DNA from: Candidatus Heimdallarchaeota archaeon
GTDB lineage: Archaea > Asgardarchaeota > Heimdallarchaeia > Heimdallarchaeales > Kariarchaeaceae
Direction of reading: 5' to 3'
DNA length: 25,791 nt
NCBI GenBank assembly: GCA_015523565.1
Contig: WAKA01000161.1
Span: forward strand, 1 to 25,791
Positions within the stretch are counted from its first letter, which is position 1. Each line of letters begins with the position of its first letter. Under the pieces are notes generated by a model that worked only from the letters and a program-made list of their open reading frames with translations, did not search any database and was not told the DNA's origin. Positions 17,407-25,791 of the stretch are shown here, in pieces. The position numbers and the translations under genes were made by a program.

Positions 17407-18277
17407 ATCTTTCCTCTAAAACCTTTGGTGTCTCTATTGACGTAGAATAGTATATCTTTCCCTCAACTGAAACATTCTCTCCGAGTTTGATGCTGTCACC
17501 AATTATGTCTCCTTCTACCTTCACTCCATCCAGCTCTATCAATTCCCCCTTTATACTCCCCTTGACCCGAAACCAAGGTTCTGTGCTTATCCCCATGAAT
17601 GAACGGACCAGTTTGGTCACAAGCTCCCCAAAATCATCCCTCCTCTGCCATCCAATTCTTATCTCCTTTCCCTTCACATCCCCCTTGATAATGGAATCTC
17701 CTCCTCTAGGGCAACTGATCCGCTCTGCAGTCATGTCCCCATTGACCTTCACACTCCCCAATATCACAATGTCCTTCGTACATTCCAGCACACCCGCCTT
17801 TACTTTGCCCAATACCTTCAATTGATTCCCGCAAACCAATTCATCCTGCAATGTAAGCTTCCCTGCAATCGTCATCCGCCCTACAGAATAAACCGAACCA
17901 CCGCAATAGCATTTGCCCGTGATTGTGCATTCTCCCCCTGATTTCAATGCTCTCCCAACATCCAACTTCCCGTTTATAGATACTTTCCCACCTACCCTCA
18001 CCTCTCCGGAAATATGCCCTGACCCCGCAATCCCCAATCTCTCACAGCTTAAGTCCCCCGATACCCTCAAGATACCTGCCACAAGAACAGGACCATTGAC
18101 TGTCAATCCCTCTTGATATATTTTCCGACCATTAACCGTCAATGATTTCAATACTTTCGATTCAGGTTCAAGCAATCCCAGCCTCTTGAACTTTGAATAC
18201 AGCTCCCTGTATTCTGCCTCTGTTATCTCCCCTGAATCCAACTTGGCTTTTAACCGCCCCTCTAAGCTTTCAACCAT
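17387..18277 (-). CDS. Bactofilin/polymer-forming beta-helix protein with an N-terminal SHOCT-like domain
   Basis: Many short V/I-x-G repeats (VRVGGKVSINGKLDVG, VEGDIIGDSIKLGENVSVEGKIYY). N-terminal LKAKLDSGEITEAEY. Confidence 0.75.
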   Translation of the reverse strand: MVESLEGRLKAKLDSGEITEAEYRELYSKFKRLGLLEPESKVLKSLTVNGRKIYQEGLTVNGPVLVAGILRVSGDLSCERLGIAGSGHISGEVRVGGKVSINGKLDVGRALKSGGECTITGKCYCGGSVYSVGRMTIAGKLTLQDELVCGNQLKVLGKVKAGVLECTKDIVILGSVKVNGDMTAERISCPRGGDSIIKGDVKGKEIRIGWQRRDDFGELVTKLVRSFMGISTEPWFRVKGSIKGELIELDGVKVEGDIIGDSIKLGENVSVEGKIYYSTSIETPKVLEERCEKKGK

Positions 18278-18495
18278 ACTTATCCATCTTTAAACACCTG
18301 AACTTAAATAATCTCCCTTAACTTTAACTGAAACCCCTTAAACCATAAGGTGTATCTATAACCAAAATTCCCTTCATTTATTCCCTAAAATCTCCCATGC
18401 ATTGTTTCAAAATTTTGTTGACTTCGCGATAAATGTTCTCGTTTGTTTAATGAAGAATCAAATTTCAATATGTTTCCGATACTTTTGTCAAAGAG

Positions 18496-18503
18496 TTTAA
18501 ATA
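18496..18503 (+). promoter_or_regulatory. TATA box with a purine-rich BRE-like upstream segment
   Basis: caaagag-tttaaata, ending about 20 nt before the first hairpin. No plus-strand CDS follows. Confidence 0.5.
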
Positions 18504-18522
18504 TACCTAATCTATACATTAG

Positions 18523-18636
18523 TTTAACTGCATAGAAATTGGAAGGAAACTTCCTACTTAACTATGCAATTAAAGGCGTTGTCAAGGATCCGTTCGAACC
18601 TAACATAACCACCTACTTGGCGACGCTTTTTTTTTT
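18523..18636 (+). ncRNA. Candidate structured small RNA (two hairpins + U-tract), family unknown
   Basis: Stem 18523-18535/18562-18574 encloses ggaag-GAAA-cttcc. A second 12-bp stem, 18575-18586/18616-18627, has three G-U pairs. T10 run at 18627-18636. Confidence 0.6.
18627..18636 (+). terminator. Oligo-T terminator
   Basis: Ten consecutive T at the 3' end of the second stem. Confidence 0.5.
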
Positions 18637-18760
18637 AAAGTTCCATTGAGTGGACACTATACCCTGTGCATTTTTTCAAGTCCAATCTCTCATCAATTTC
18701 AAAAAATGCCGATTTACGGACACAATCCCCCCTGCTTTTTTTTTAAGTGCCAATAAACAC

Positions 18761-19402
18761 CTATGCATTTTCCCTAGATACCCATTCAATCAGGTCTTCC
18801 AAACCCATGATGTCCCTCCCTAAAATAATCCCCCTGACCCCCGCATCAACTGCCGCCATGAAGTCACTCTCTGTATCCCCAACCATCCATACCTCCCTTG
18901 ACCTGTCCGAGATCTCAATATCAAGCTTTTTGCAAATTCTTGAAATTGCCAGAACAATCCCCTCTCCAGAAGGCTTGGGTTGACTTACCTCCCGAAACCC
19001 AACCACCTCAGCAAACTCACTATCCAAACCAACCTGTTCCAACAAGCTGATCGCATTTTTTCTCTCATTAGAGGTCACAACCCCCAATGCAATCCCAAAA
19101 GCCCTCAATTGCCTGATGACTGCTGGCGTTGTGCCAAAAACATCTCCTCCAACTCTCGAACGGCTGAACTCAGAAAACCCTTGCCAAAAATGACGGTCTA
19201 TCTCCTCTAACCGCTGTTCTGGAACTCCCAATCGCCTTCCTGTCTCATGGGTTGACAACCCAGAAAGGGACTTGATATATTCATGCCCAGGAACATCCAA
19301 CCCCATCCGCTGTAACCCCTCTGCATAAATTCTCGCAACTACATCCTTCGTGTCTATCAATGTCCCATCCAAATCAAACAACATGATCTTCGGAATTCCC
19401 AT
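18761..19402 (-). CDS. HAD-superfamily hydrolase (phosphoglycolate phosphatase-like)
   Basis: FDLDGTLID motif I, VTSN, KP and MVGDTESD. The ATG of MGIPK is taken as the start. Confidence 0.92.
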   Translation of the reverse strand: MGIPKIMLFDLDGTLIDTKDVVARIYAEGLQRMGLDVPGHEYIKSLSGLSTHETGRRLGVPEQRLEEIDRHFWQGFSEFSRSRVGGDVFGTTPAVIRQLRAFGIALGVVTSNERKNAISLLEQVGLDSEFAEVVGFREVSQPKPSGEGIVLAISRICKKLDIEISDRSREVWMVGDTESDFMAAVDAGVRGIILGRDIMGLEDLIEWVSRENA

Positions 19403-19465
19403 TATGACATCTCCCCATCCCCCCAATCAAAAGCATTTATTTACATCACCTCGTGTAATTACATA

Positions 19466-21076
19466 ATGGCTCAAGTGCCTTATGCCGGAATCCCAGAACA
19501 GGATCACGGAAATGTTGAATATAAACTTAAAATAAAGGCTGACGACAAACGTGCTGATCAGCTTGCCTCCCAAATGAAATTCAGGCTTTTCGAAGGAAAT
19601 GGGGAAGCCATCTATGTCCTCGGAATAACTGATGACGGAATCCCCGAAGGAATATCCCCTGATGAAATGAATGCAACAATTGAACAACTCAACAAAATCG
19701 CAGAGAAAATAAACGCAAAAACAACAATCCTCAGAAAAATAGAAAATGAGGGAAGAGAGATCGCTGAAATCCTCGTCAGAAAAATCAAGGACCCCGAAAA
19801 ACTCCCTGTGGATATCCCAATCGTCTCACTCGGAAATGTTGACGCCGGAAAATCCACTCTTATCGGCGTACTCAAAACTGGAAAGCTCGATGACGGAAGG
19901 GGAAGCGCTAGAACCGCTGTCTTCAGGCACAAACATGAGCTGGAAACCGGAAGAACCTCTTCCATAAGCTCAACAACCATCGGAATCGATATCGACGGAA
20001 ATATCATAAACCAAGACCCAATTGCCCCACCATCTGACCTTGTCCTGCTCGAAAAATCAATCAAGACCATATCTTTCCACGATCTCGCAGGTCATGAAAA
20101 ATACCTGAAAACAACCATCTATGGACTCTCTGGACTGTCTCCAAAATATGCAATGCTTGTCGTCGCAGCGAACCAAGGGATACTGCGAATGACAAAGGAG
20201 CATATGGGACTTATCATCGCCCTCAAGCTCCCTATGTTTGTCGTCATAACCAAAATCGACCTCACCCCTCAAAATGTCTTAAACAAGACAAAAAACGACC
20301 TCAAAAAACTCTTCAAAATTCCTGGCGTAAACAAGGTGCCCCTCATTGTCAAAAACAACAATGACGTCATCCTCGCCGCACAGCATATGGAACACGGAAA
20401 TGTAATCCCTGTTTTCATGGTCTCAACCACCAATGGCCAAAACCTGAACTTCCTTCAGCAATTCCTCAACCTGCTCCCTGCAAAAAAACCAATGACACAA
20501 GAACAGTCCAAGGACTTCGGAGCTTATATAACTGAAATATTCTCCGTTCCTGGCGTCGGAACTGTCGTCTCTGCCTCAATCTACTCAGGATCCGTCAGCA
20601 CCAACGAAAAAATCTATGTCGGACCTTTCGAAGGAGGAACCTTCAAGCTCGTCAGAATCAAATCCATCCACTACAAAAGGGTCAATGCAGAAAGGGTCTT
20701 CGCAGGACAATCCGCAACTTTTGCCCTCCATACCATCAAGAAAGACGAGGTTCGAAAAGGAATGGTTCTCCTCTCAGCAAGGCAAACCCCCGGCGCAAGC
20801 TTCAGATTTGACGGAGAGGTCTATGTACTCTACCACAGCACAACTATCAAAATTGGATACTCCCCTGTCATCCATACCCAAAGCATCCAACAAAGCGCCA
20901 AAATCATTGCGATCTCTCAACCCGTGCTTAGAACTGGTGATAAGGCAACTGTCTCCTTCCAGTTCCTCTACAGGCCTGAACATGTCTCTGTAGGACAACG
21001 ATTCATCTTCAGGGAAGGACGAACAAAAGGAATAGGGACAATCACCAAAATTTATCCAATTGACCCCACAGAATAA
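19466..21076 (+). CDS. GTPBP1/GTPBP2-family translational GTPase
   Basis: N-terminal GNVEYKL...QMKFRLFEGNGEAIY. G1 GNVDAGKS, RHKHELETGRTSS, DLAGHEKY, TKID. EF-Tu-like domains II/III ending FREGRTKGIG. Confidence 0.92.
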   Translation: MAQVPYAGIPEQDHGNVEYKLKIKADDKRADQLASQMKFRLFEGNGEAIYVLGITDDGIPEGISPDEMNATIEQLNKIAEKINAKTTILRKIENEGREIAEILVRKIKDPEKLPVDIPIVSLGNVDAGKSTLIGVLKTGKLDDGRGSARTAVFRHKHELETGRTSSISSTTIGIDIDGNIINQDPIAPPSDLVLLEKSIKTISFHDLAGHEKYLKTTIYGLSGLSPKYAMLVVAANQGILRMTKEHMGLIIALKLPMFVVITKIDLTPQNVLNKTKNDLKKLFKIPGVNKVPLIVKNNNDVILAAQHMEHGNVIPVFMVSTTNGQNLNFLQQFLNLLPAKKPMTQEQSKDFGAYITEIFSVPGVGTVVSASIYSGSVSTNEKIYVGPFEGGTFKLVRIKSIHYKRVNAERVFAGQSATFALHTIKKDEVRKGMVLLSARQTPGASFRFDGEVYVLYHSTTIKIGYSPVIHTQSIQQSAKIIAISQPVLRTGDKATVSFQFLYRPEHVSVGQRFIFREGRTKGIGTITKIYPIDPTE

Positions 21077-21149
21077 ACATCCCTCTCCCCAAAAAATTAT
21101 GAAACCCTATGGTGGATTATAAAACCCTACTGCATAAGATTATAGAATC

Positions 21150-21749
21150 CTACAGCAGATGACCCATCATGACCTTCTTCGTCTCCAAATAAAAACGATT
21201 GAACTCATTCGGGTCAACATGGTGGTCAACCCGTCCTGTAATCTTCACCCCAAGCCGACGCAATGCCGATAACTTCTCTGGATTGTTCGTCATCAACCGT
21301 ATTGACTTGACCCCCAAAGCATCCAATATCATGGGAACAACCGAATAATCTCGCTGGTCTGCCTTGAACCCCAACTCCAGATTTGCATCCACCGTGTTAT
21401 ACCCATGATCCTGCAATTCATATGCCTTGATCTTGTTCGCCAACCCAATGCCGCGACCCTCTTGGCGATGATAAATCACAAGACCCTCTCCCTCCTGCTG
21501 AATTCGCTCCAATGCCATTTCCAACTGCTCTCGGCAATCACACCGAAGACTTCCCAATACATCCCCTGTCAAGCACTGCGAATGCACCCGCGTCAAAACA
21601 TCTTCCTTGCCCTCTATGTCCCCTGCAACTATGGCTATATGATCCTTCCCATCCGGTGTGCCCTCGAAACTGTATATCTTGAACATCCCATATCTTGACG
21701 GCAACTTGGCAGAACCATATATCCTGAAAGATGGCTCATCTGAAACCAT
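21150..21749 (-). CDS. ribA: GTP cyclohydrolase II
   Basis: RVHSQCLTGDVLGSLRCDC zinc motif, QEGRGIGL, DQRDY, LMTNNPEK, YLETK...MGHLL. Confidence 0.96.
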   Translation of the reverse strand: MVSDEPSFRIYGSAKLPSRYGMFKIYSFEGTPDGKDHIAIVAGDIEGKEDVLTRVHSQCLTGDVLGSLRCDCREQLEMALERIQQEGEGLVIYHRQEGRGIGLANKIKAYELQDHGYNTVDANLELGFKADQRDYSVVPMILDALGVKSIRLMTNNPEKLSALRRLGVKITGRVDHHVDPNEFNRFYLETKKVMMGHLL

Positions 21750-21933
21750 GAGTCAAAATCCTCTTCCAGTTTTTTAATACCTTGCTTCTGGACTAAAAAT
21801 CAATCCCCTTTTCCGTAATTTTTATGCGTATTTATTCAATATCCAGTTGCATTGTGCAACTCCCCATAACCCAAGGATGGTCGTAACCGACTCTGAAACT
21901 CATGCTTTTTGTACAAAAATGACATCTCTCTTT

Positions 21934-23223
21934 TCAATCAAATATGTCCTGTGACAATTCACCTTCCAGCTTTTCCCCCTCTTTACCTTCAGTCTCTTCC
22001 CCTTCCATCTCTTCCGCCTCTTCAGCCCCTTGGTTCAGCAGAAGTGGAAAGTCTATGTGGTGTGCAACATTGTTGTACGAACGATAATAACGCTCCTCCC
22101 CTGTCACCTTCAATGGAAGCCACACAATGAACAACGATCCGACGGGGTAAATCAATTTCATGTCGCGATTGCACATGACTGGAAGCTCTTGATATGGGTC
22201 TTGACCTGGAATCACCCGAAGAATATAATTGTTCCCCTGTTTCTCGGTTACCCCAATAACTCCCATATATCCTGGTGGAGCACGCGTCCGCTTTGAAAAT
22301 GTGTTCCGTCTCGCACGTATGATCATTCTCGCCAACTTCTGCACAATACGCCTCCCTAATTGACCATAATGGGGCTCCAACACGTCTGCCAACATGTTGA
22401 TGTCAAGGGCAGGCCGTCGACTCAGTATCTCCTCTCTCCTTGACTCTGTCGATGAAATAAATTGGGGCAAACGCTTGAGCTGGGCAACTATGAATTCTTC
22501 CAATTCTGGATACTTGTGCCGCAACTTATACAGTGTCTCCGCCCGCATGATGTGTGAAATCGCACGCCGCCGGATTTCCTTGGAGAGATGGATGCCACTT
22601 ACAACTTTCTCAAAAAAAGGCTCCTTTTTTGGCTTTCTCCCTATTTGATTATAACGATCCAATAACAGCACAAAGATGTCTTCCAAAACTGTGTCGTTAT
22701 GTGTTAATCCCTCCATCCATGAAACTGCCATGCGCTCCATCTCCCGTACTCCTGGCGGAGCACTCCTCATATCTCCCAATAATGCCCCATTCATATTATA
22801 ATGCAACCAAAAATCATCAAGTACACCCACAAATGATCGAAACTGATTCAAAAACCGAAAAAAAGGGTTGACTGTCAAACTGATACGAACATCAAAAATG
22901 ACTGACAATTCAAGAACTTGGGGATGAACCAACTTGACACTTTGTCCTGTCGAGTTATATAGTAATCGCAAATATTCAAAATTGAACCGATCCCACTCCT
23001 TTGGGATCTTATTTGCATAATAATATTCCATCTCACGCAAAAATGAGCCTGCTGTGGGGGATATCACCGACTCCTTCACCCTTTTATGCACTCGATCCGT
23101 TTCTTCATGCTGGCGGGCAAATCTCTGCCACAACTCCAATGAACGCTTCGCTGAATCGGCATCTGTTTCCTTCTTGAAAAATGCAAACCCTCTGTAGTTC
23201 CCTGAAATGGTTGGCCCACTCAT
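21934..23223 (-). CDS. Hypothetical protein (helical body, small beta-rich C-terminal domain, acidic tail)
   Basis: 429-aa ORF filling the gap; no recognisable catalytic motif. Confidence 0.7.
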   Translation of the reverse strand: MSGPTISGNYRGFAFFKKETDADSAKRSLELWQRFARQHEETDRVHKRVKESVISPTAGSFLREMEYYYANKIPKEWDRFNFEYLRLLYNSTGQSVKLVHPQVLELSVIFDVRISLTVNPFFRFLNQFRSFVGVLDDFWLHYNMNGALLGDMRSAPPGVREMERMAVSWMEGLTHNDTVLEDIFVLLLDRYNQIGRKPKKEPFFEKVVSGIHLSKEIRRRAISHIMRAETLYKLRHKYPELEEFIVAQLKRLPQFISSTESRREEILSRRPALDINMLADVLEPHYGQLGRRIVQKLARMIIRARRNTFSKRTRAPPGYMGVIGVTEKQGNNYILRVIPGQDPYQELPVMCNRDMKLIYPVGSLFIVWLPLKVTGEERYYRSYNNVAHHIDFPLLLNQGAEEAEEMEGEETEGKEGEKLEGELSQDIFD

Positions 23224-23277
23224 TAAACTGCATTATTGCATTCCCCTAAAAAAAGTCTCTTACCTGCCCCTGCTTAT

Positions 23278-23450
23278 CCATGTGCCTTGATGTGTATTGT
23301 GTGTATTCATTGTATATATTGTGTTCTTTCTATGTATCGCGTCCATTCTTTTGTGATTGTTATCTTTGTGAACATTGTGTTTCCTGACATAGATTGATTG
23401 TGTGCGGTGTTGTGATACAATGTGTTCATTGTGCTGTTCTTTTCCTGTTA
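23278..23450. repeat. TG-rich degenerate repeat / low-complexity intergenic tract
   Basis: Recurrent (c/g/t)attgtg, ttgtg and tgtgt words. The plus strand is T/G-rich, unlike the C/A-rich flanks. Confidence 0.45.
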
Positions 23451-23486
23451 CCAAAAAACAATAAGTCATCGTTTCCTATCTCTCTT

Positions 23487-24317
23487 GTGAACAAAGAAAA
23501 CTTCCTGAAAGCCAACTACATCCCCGACGAACAAACAATAACCGTCACTAAAATGGCTGAAATACTCAAAAAACCAATTCTAGTCGAAGGATCACCTGGA
23601 ACTGGAAAAACTTCCCTTGCAAAAGCTATTGCAACCGCAAGGAATACTCCCCTTTTCAGAATTCAATGCTATGAGGGAATAACGGCTGAGCAGGTAATCG
23701 GGGAATTCAATTACACAAAACAACTCCTCGCCATTGAAAACGCCAAAAATGAAAAAAAACCATTCGACTTGGCAAATGTGTTTACTCCTGAATATTTCGT
23801 AGAAAGACCATTACTGAAGGCATTCAGACAAAAAAAACCTGTCGTCCTCCTAATCGACGAAATAGATCGGGCTGACGAGGAATTTGAAGCATTCCTCCTT
23901 GAGGCATTGGGTGAATATCAAATAACTGTCCCAGAACTTGGAACAATCAAGGCACTTTCGACCCCTATCATCATCCTTACTTCAAATGCAACAAGAACCC
24001 TTTCGCATGCCCTACGGAGAAGATCATTGTATCTTAACCTAGAATACCCCTCTCAACAAAGAGAACTTGAAATAATTCGTATCCATGTGCCTGATCTCCA
24101 AAAACAAATTGCCGAAAAAATAATCTCTATTGCCTCCAAGTTGCGAAACTCTGAAAAAATTGCACAGCCTCCCTCTGTTGCTGAAACAATCGACTTCGCA
24201 AAGGCTATCCTTACTCTCGGAAATGATTACCTCGAAAATCAAAAAATCATGAGCCTCTTGGGGATACTCATTAAAAATCAATCTGATATGGTTGAGGCAC
24301 AAAATCTATTGTCATGA
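23487..24317 (+). CDS. MoxR-family AAA+ ATPase (CoxD-like)
   Basis: Walker A EGSPGTGKT, RIQCYEG, Walker B LLIDEIDRADEEFEAFLLE, ILTSN, ALRRR. GTG at 23487 is the likely start. Confidence 0.92.
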   Translation: MNKENFLKANYIPDEQTITVTKMAEILKKPILVEGSPGTGKTSLAKAIATARNTPLFRIQCYEGITAEQVIGEFNYTKQLLAIENAKNEKKPFDLANVFTPEYFVERPLLKAFRQKKPVVLLIDEIDRADEEFEAFLLEALGEYQITVPELGTIKALSTPIIILTSNATRTLSHALRRRSLYLNLEYPSQQRELEIIRIHVPDLQKQIAEKIISIASKLRNSEKIAQPPSVAETIDFAKAILTLGNDYLENQKIMSLLGILIKNQSDMVEAQNLLS

Positions 24318-24344
24318 ATTTTTCTGAAACCAAGCATATATAGT

Positions 24345-25781
24345 ATGCAACATAATTATTTAATTGTGCTTACCCAACTGCTTAGACAATTCGGTTTTGA
24401 AATCAGTGTTGACCAAGCAATCGATGTGGCACGTGTCTTGACTTTGGTTGATTCTTTGCTTGAACTGAAAATTGCTGTTAGATCGATCGTTGTTAAGTCT
24501 CCAGAACAAATTAAACTGTTTGACTTTGTCTTTGACCAATACATCGCAAAAACAACAAGTTGGGAAAAAACCCTTGAAGAACTGAAACACAATGCATTGA
24601 ATGAGTGGGGAATCAAACCTCAAAGTAAATTTAAACCTCGGTTGGGAAACAATCCTGCATGTCCAAACCCTATTGGTGGTGCCGCTATTGGCGCAGGAAC
24701 GGGTTTGGCTACTGTCTCTGGATTGACAAAACCTGAAACTTTACTCTCTTTTCATTCTGATTTTAAATTCATTATCAAAAAAATGATTAATGAAAGCATT
24801 GACGAAGCTGCCGATACCCTTGTGACAAGATACCTCCTTGCTATGCGAACCAACTTCAATGAGGTTATGCACAGAAAAGAAAAAGCCCTGAAAGAAATAA
24901 GGCATGTTTTGGAAAATCAGTTCCCATCTGTTGCCAATCATGTCTCTCAACTATTTGAAAAAGCTGTAAACCAAAAACTGATTGAACATGCAAAAGAATC
25001 GCCTAAAGATACTTTTGCACTCTATTCCATCGAAGAAAGGGATTTTTTTGAATTGGAAGAAACTCCTGAATTAAGAGAGGCATTGAAAAAAATGGCGCAA
25101 AGATTGGCTGTCAAGAGAAAACGTCGTTTGATAAAGGGACCCCGAAAAATTAACATGAGAAAAACCATCCGTCATAACATCCAAAATGGTGGTGTTCCTA
25201 TCAACCTCATAAGGGCTGAGCCTCGAAAAAGGAAGCCTAAACTCATTGTCCTTACTGATGTCAGTCCATCAACCATTTATGCAACAAAATTGTTTCTTAT
25301 GTTGCTTTGGGAACTCAAAGAAATGTTTGATTCTGTCCGATTTTATGAGTTTGTAGGTTCTTGCATCGATGTGACTGATGCTTATGTGGATGGAAAATCC
25401 CTCTATGAAAGCGTAAATGCAGCATTGGAAAAATGGTCTAATACTATTGGTGGGAAGCAAAGTAGCAATTATGAACGTGCTCTTTCCGACTTTCTGAAAA
25501 TGGCTAAATCAAGGCTTGATCCTGACACTACCGTCCTTTTATTGGGGGATTTGCGTGATTGGCTTGGATCTCGAATAGATGGTTTTCCCCTTTCTGTGAA
25601 ATCAATGAAAATTGTAAAACAACTCTCCAAAAAATTTTTTGTATTAAATCCTGAACCTAGACGATATTGGAATACTGCTGACAGTATTGTATCTTATGTT
25701 AAGGCTATTGGCGTTGAAGTTTATGAAGTTACTAATTTAATACAGTTGGAAAATATTCTTTCTGAAATAATTATTTCCTGA
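24345..25781 (+). CDS. CoxE-like VWA-domain protein (MoxR partner)
   Basis: N-terminal LRQFG, INMRKTIRHNIQNGG, MIDAS-like DVSPS, LLGDLR and LNPEP; lies 27 nt downstream of the AAA gene. Confidence 0.88.
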   Translation: MQHNYLIVLTQLLRQFGFEISVDQAIDVARVLTLVDSLLELKIAVRSIVVKSPEQIKLFDFVFDQYIAKTTSWEKTLEELKHNALNEWGIKPQSKFKPRLGNNPACPNPIGGAAIGAGTGLATVSGLTKPETLLSFHSDFKFIIKKMINESIDEAADTLVTRYLLAMRTNFNEVMHRKEKALKEIRHVLENQFPSVANHVSQLFEKAVNQKLIEHAKESPKDTFALYSIEERDFFELEETPELREALKKMAQRLAVKRKRRLIKGPRKINMRKTIRHNIQNGGVPINLIRAEPRKRKPKLIVLTDVSPSTIYATKLFLMLLWELKEMFDSVRFYEFVGSCIDVTDAYVDGKSLYESVNAALEKWSNTIGGKQSSNYERALSDFLKMAKSRLDPDTTVLLLGDLRDWLGSRIDGFPLSVKSMKIVKQLSKKFFVLNPEPRRYWNTADSIVSYVKAIGVEVYEVTNLIQLENILSEIIIS

Positions 25782-25791
25782 TGCCTAATTC

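Noticed and set aside
18587-18602. tRNA gene suggested by GTTCGAA
   Set aside because: No acceptor stem, D arm or anticodon arm can be built around it; kept only as a motif in the ncRNA candidate.
23278-23450. CRISPR array
   Set aside because: No constant-length repeat with regular spacers, and no cas genes.
23394-23486. Cys-rich N-terminal extension of the MoxR ATPase
   Set aside because: It is a by-product of the TG-rich tract; family-like sequence begins near GTG 23487.

Overview
Archaeal chromosomal window, most likely from an Asgard archaeon (Heimdallarchaeia-like; inferred from gene content, not from a search). Support: an unsplit RNA polymerase B subunit, a GTPBP1/2-type translational GTPase with eukaryote-like motifs, an MglA/Ras-like small GTPase, several TPR/Sel1/HEAT proteins, and TATA-like boxes shortly upstream of starts that mostly lack Shine-Dalgarno (SD) sites. 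Gene order: 5'-truncated NrfD/ActC-like membrane subunit, membrane protein, half-size DOHH-like HEAT protein, two 49-aa ORFs missing from the ORF track, wHTH regulator, aldo-keto reductase, small membrane protein, HEAT protein, APC transporter with USP-like tail, small GTPase, Sel1/TPR protein, TPR-coiled-coil-wH protein, stand-alone rpoB, helical repeat protein, ABC exporter, SHOCT-bactofilin, candidate structured ncRNA, HAD hydrolase, GTPBP1/2, ribA, hypothetical protein, and a MoxR AAA/VWA pair. I saw no rRNA, tRNA, CRISPR array or transposase. Best leads: (1) a single-module deoxyhypusine-hydroxylase-like protein, (2) an unannotated secreted two-Cys peptide precursor, (3) a two-hairpin ncRNA candidate with its own promoter and terminator, (4) an MglA-like GTPase/TPR/coiled-coil cluster.
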